Below are positions 63,668 to 64,000 of a stretch of DNA of 64,000 nucleotides, one piece after another. The first letter of the stretch is position 1; each line of letters begins with the position of its first letter. A program made the translations under genes and the position numbers. Source of the stretch: Fistulifera solaris (taxonomy: Eukaryota). The notes under the pieces are model-generated. The model did no database searches. It saw only the letters and a program-made list of their open reading frames with translations, and was not told the DNA's origin. The stretch is taken from contig AP026179.1 in NCBI GenBank assembly GCA_030295235.1, forward strand, positions 186,001 through 250,000. The letters run 5' to 3'.

Positions 63668-63767
63668 TGAATAGCCCTACGATGTAGTCGATAGTCCTTC
63701 GTTGTAGCATGAAACAATTTTTAGCTACATATTTCAGTGTTTAGTTTAGTTACGATTCATTCATTGC

Positions 63768-64000
63768 TTATTGCGTTTGCAGAAGTGACAAATCAAGTGG
63801 CCTCGGTACAACGGGCCGAGTGTATACAAAATAGTCCCCCGAAACATCCTCTACAATACGAAAATCATCATCCACATACCGGATAAATACTTTGCAAACA
63901 GCATCTCGCCCTTTATTCCATGGCAACAACTTCCAAATGGCTCCCACAGGAACTTTGATGCTCCAAATCCATTCTCCTAATCCAGACAAACCTGGAACAG
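63768..64000 (-). CDS. 3' end of a probable PAP-fibrillin (plastid lipid-associated) domain protein
   Basis: 'IRYVDDDFRIVEDVSGDYFVYTR' resembles the fibrillin C-terminal YLDxDxRI..G..FV motif; partial gene. Confidence 0.55.
   Translation of the reverse strand, partial: VPGLSGLGEWIWSIKVPVGAIWKLLPWNKGRDAVCKVFIRYVDDDFRIVEDVSGDYFVYTRPVVPRPLDLSLLQTQ

Overview
Gene-dense eukaryotic nuclear DNA, most likely from a diatom (inference: short GT-AG introns, an ASAF-type bipartite plastid presequence, and families typical of diatom proteomes). Housekeeping genes: ECM29, an RBR E3 ligase, plastid YjbQ, a DCAF4-like protein, RNR small subunit, two Mpv17/PMP22 genes, an RCC1L-like protein, cyclin H, EMC3, a TPR protein, NAR1/CIAO3, two HMG-box paralogues, an NDUFA7-like protein and a fibrillin-like fragment. 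The main accessory feature is a 14-kb tandem array (35.0-49.2 kb) of four paralogues encoding a secreted, probably GPI-anchored, Cys-rich protein of about seven repeated domains. One copy is near-intact, the others are decayed, and a fifth inverted fragment lies at 27.5-28.3 kb. Non-coding signals include a recurrent intergenic palindrome GTACCGGTAC and a dense palindrome cluster at 59.26-59.47 kb. Many conserved genes carry single-base frameshifts, mostly at homopolymers and probably assembly errors, so pseudogene calls based on frameshifts alone are uncertain. All family assignments come from motif recognition by eye; no database searches were run.
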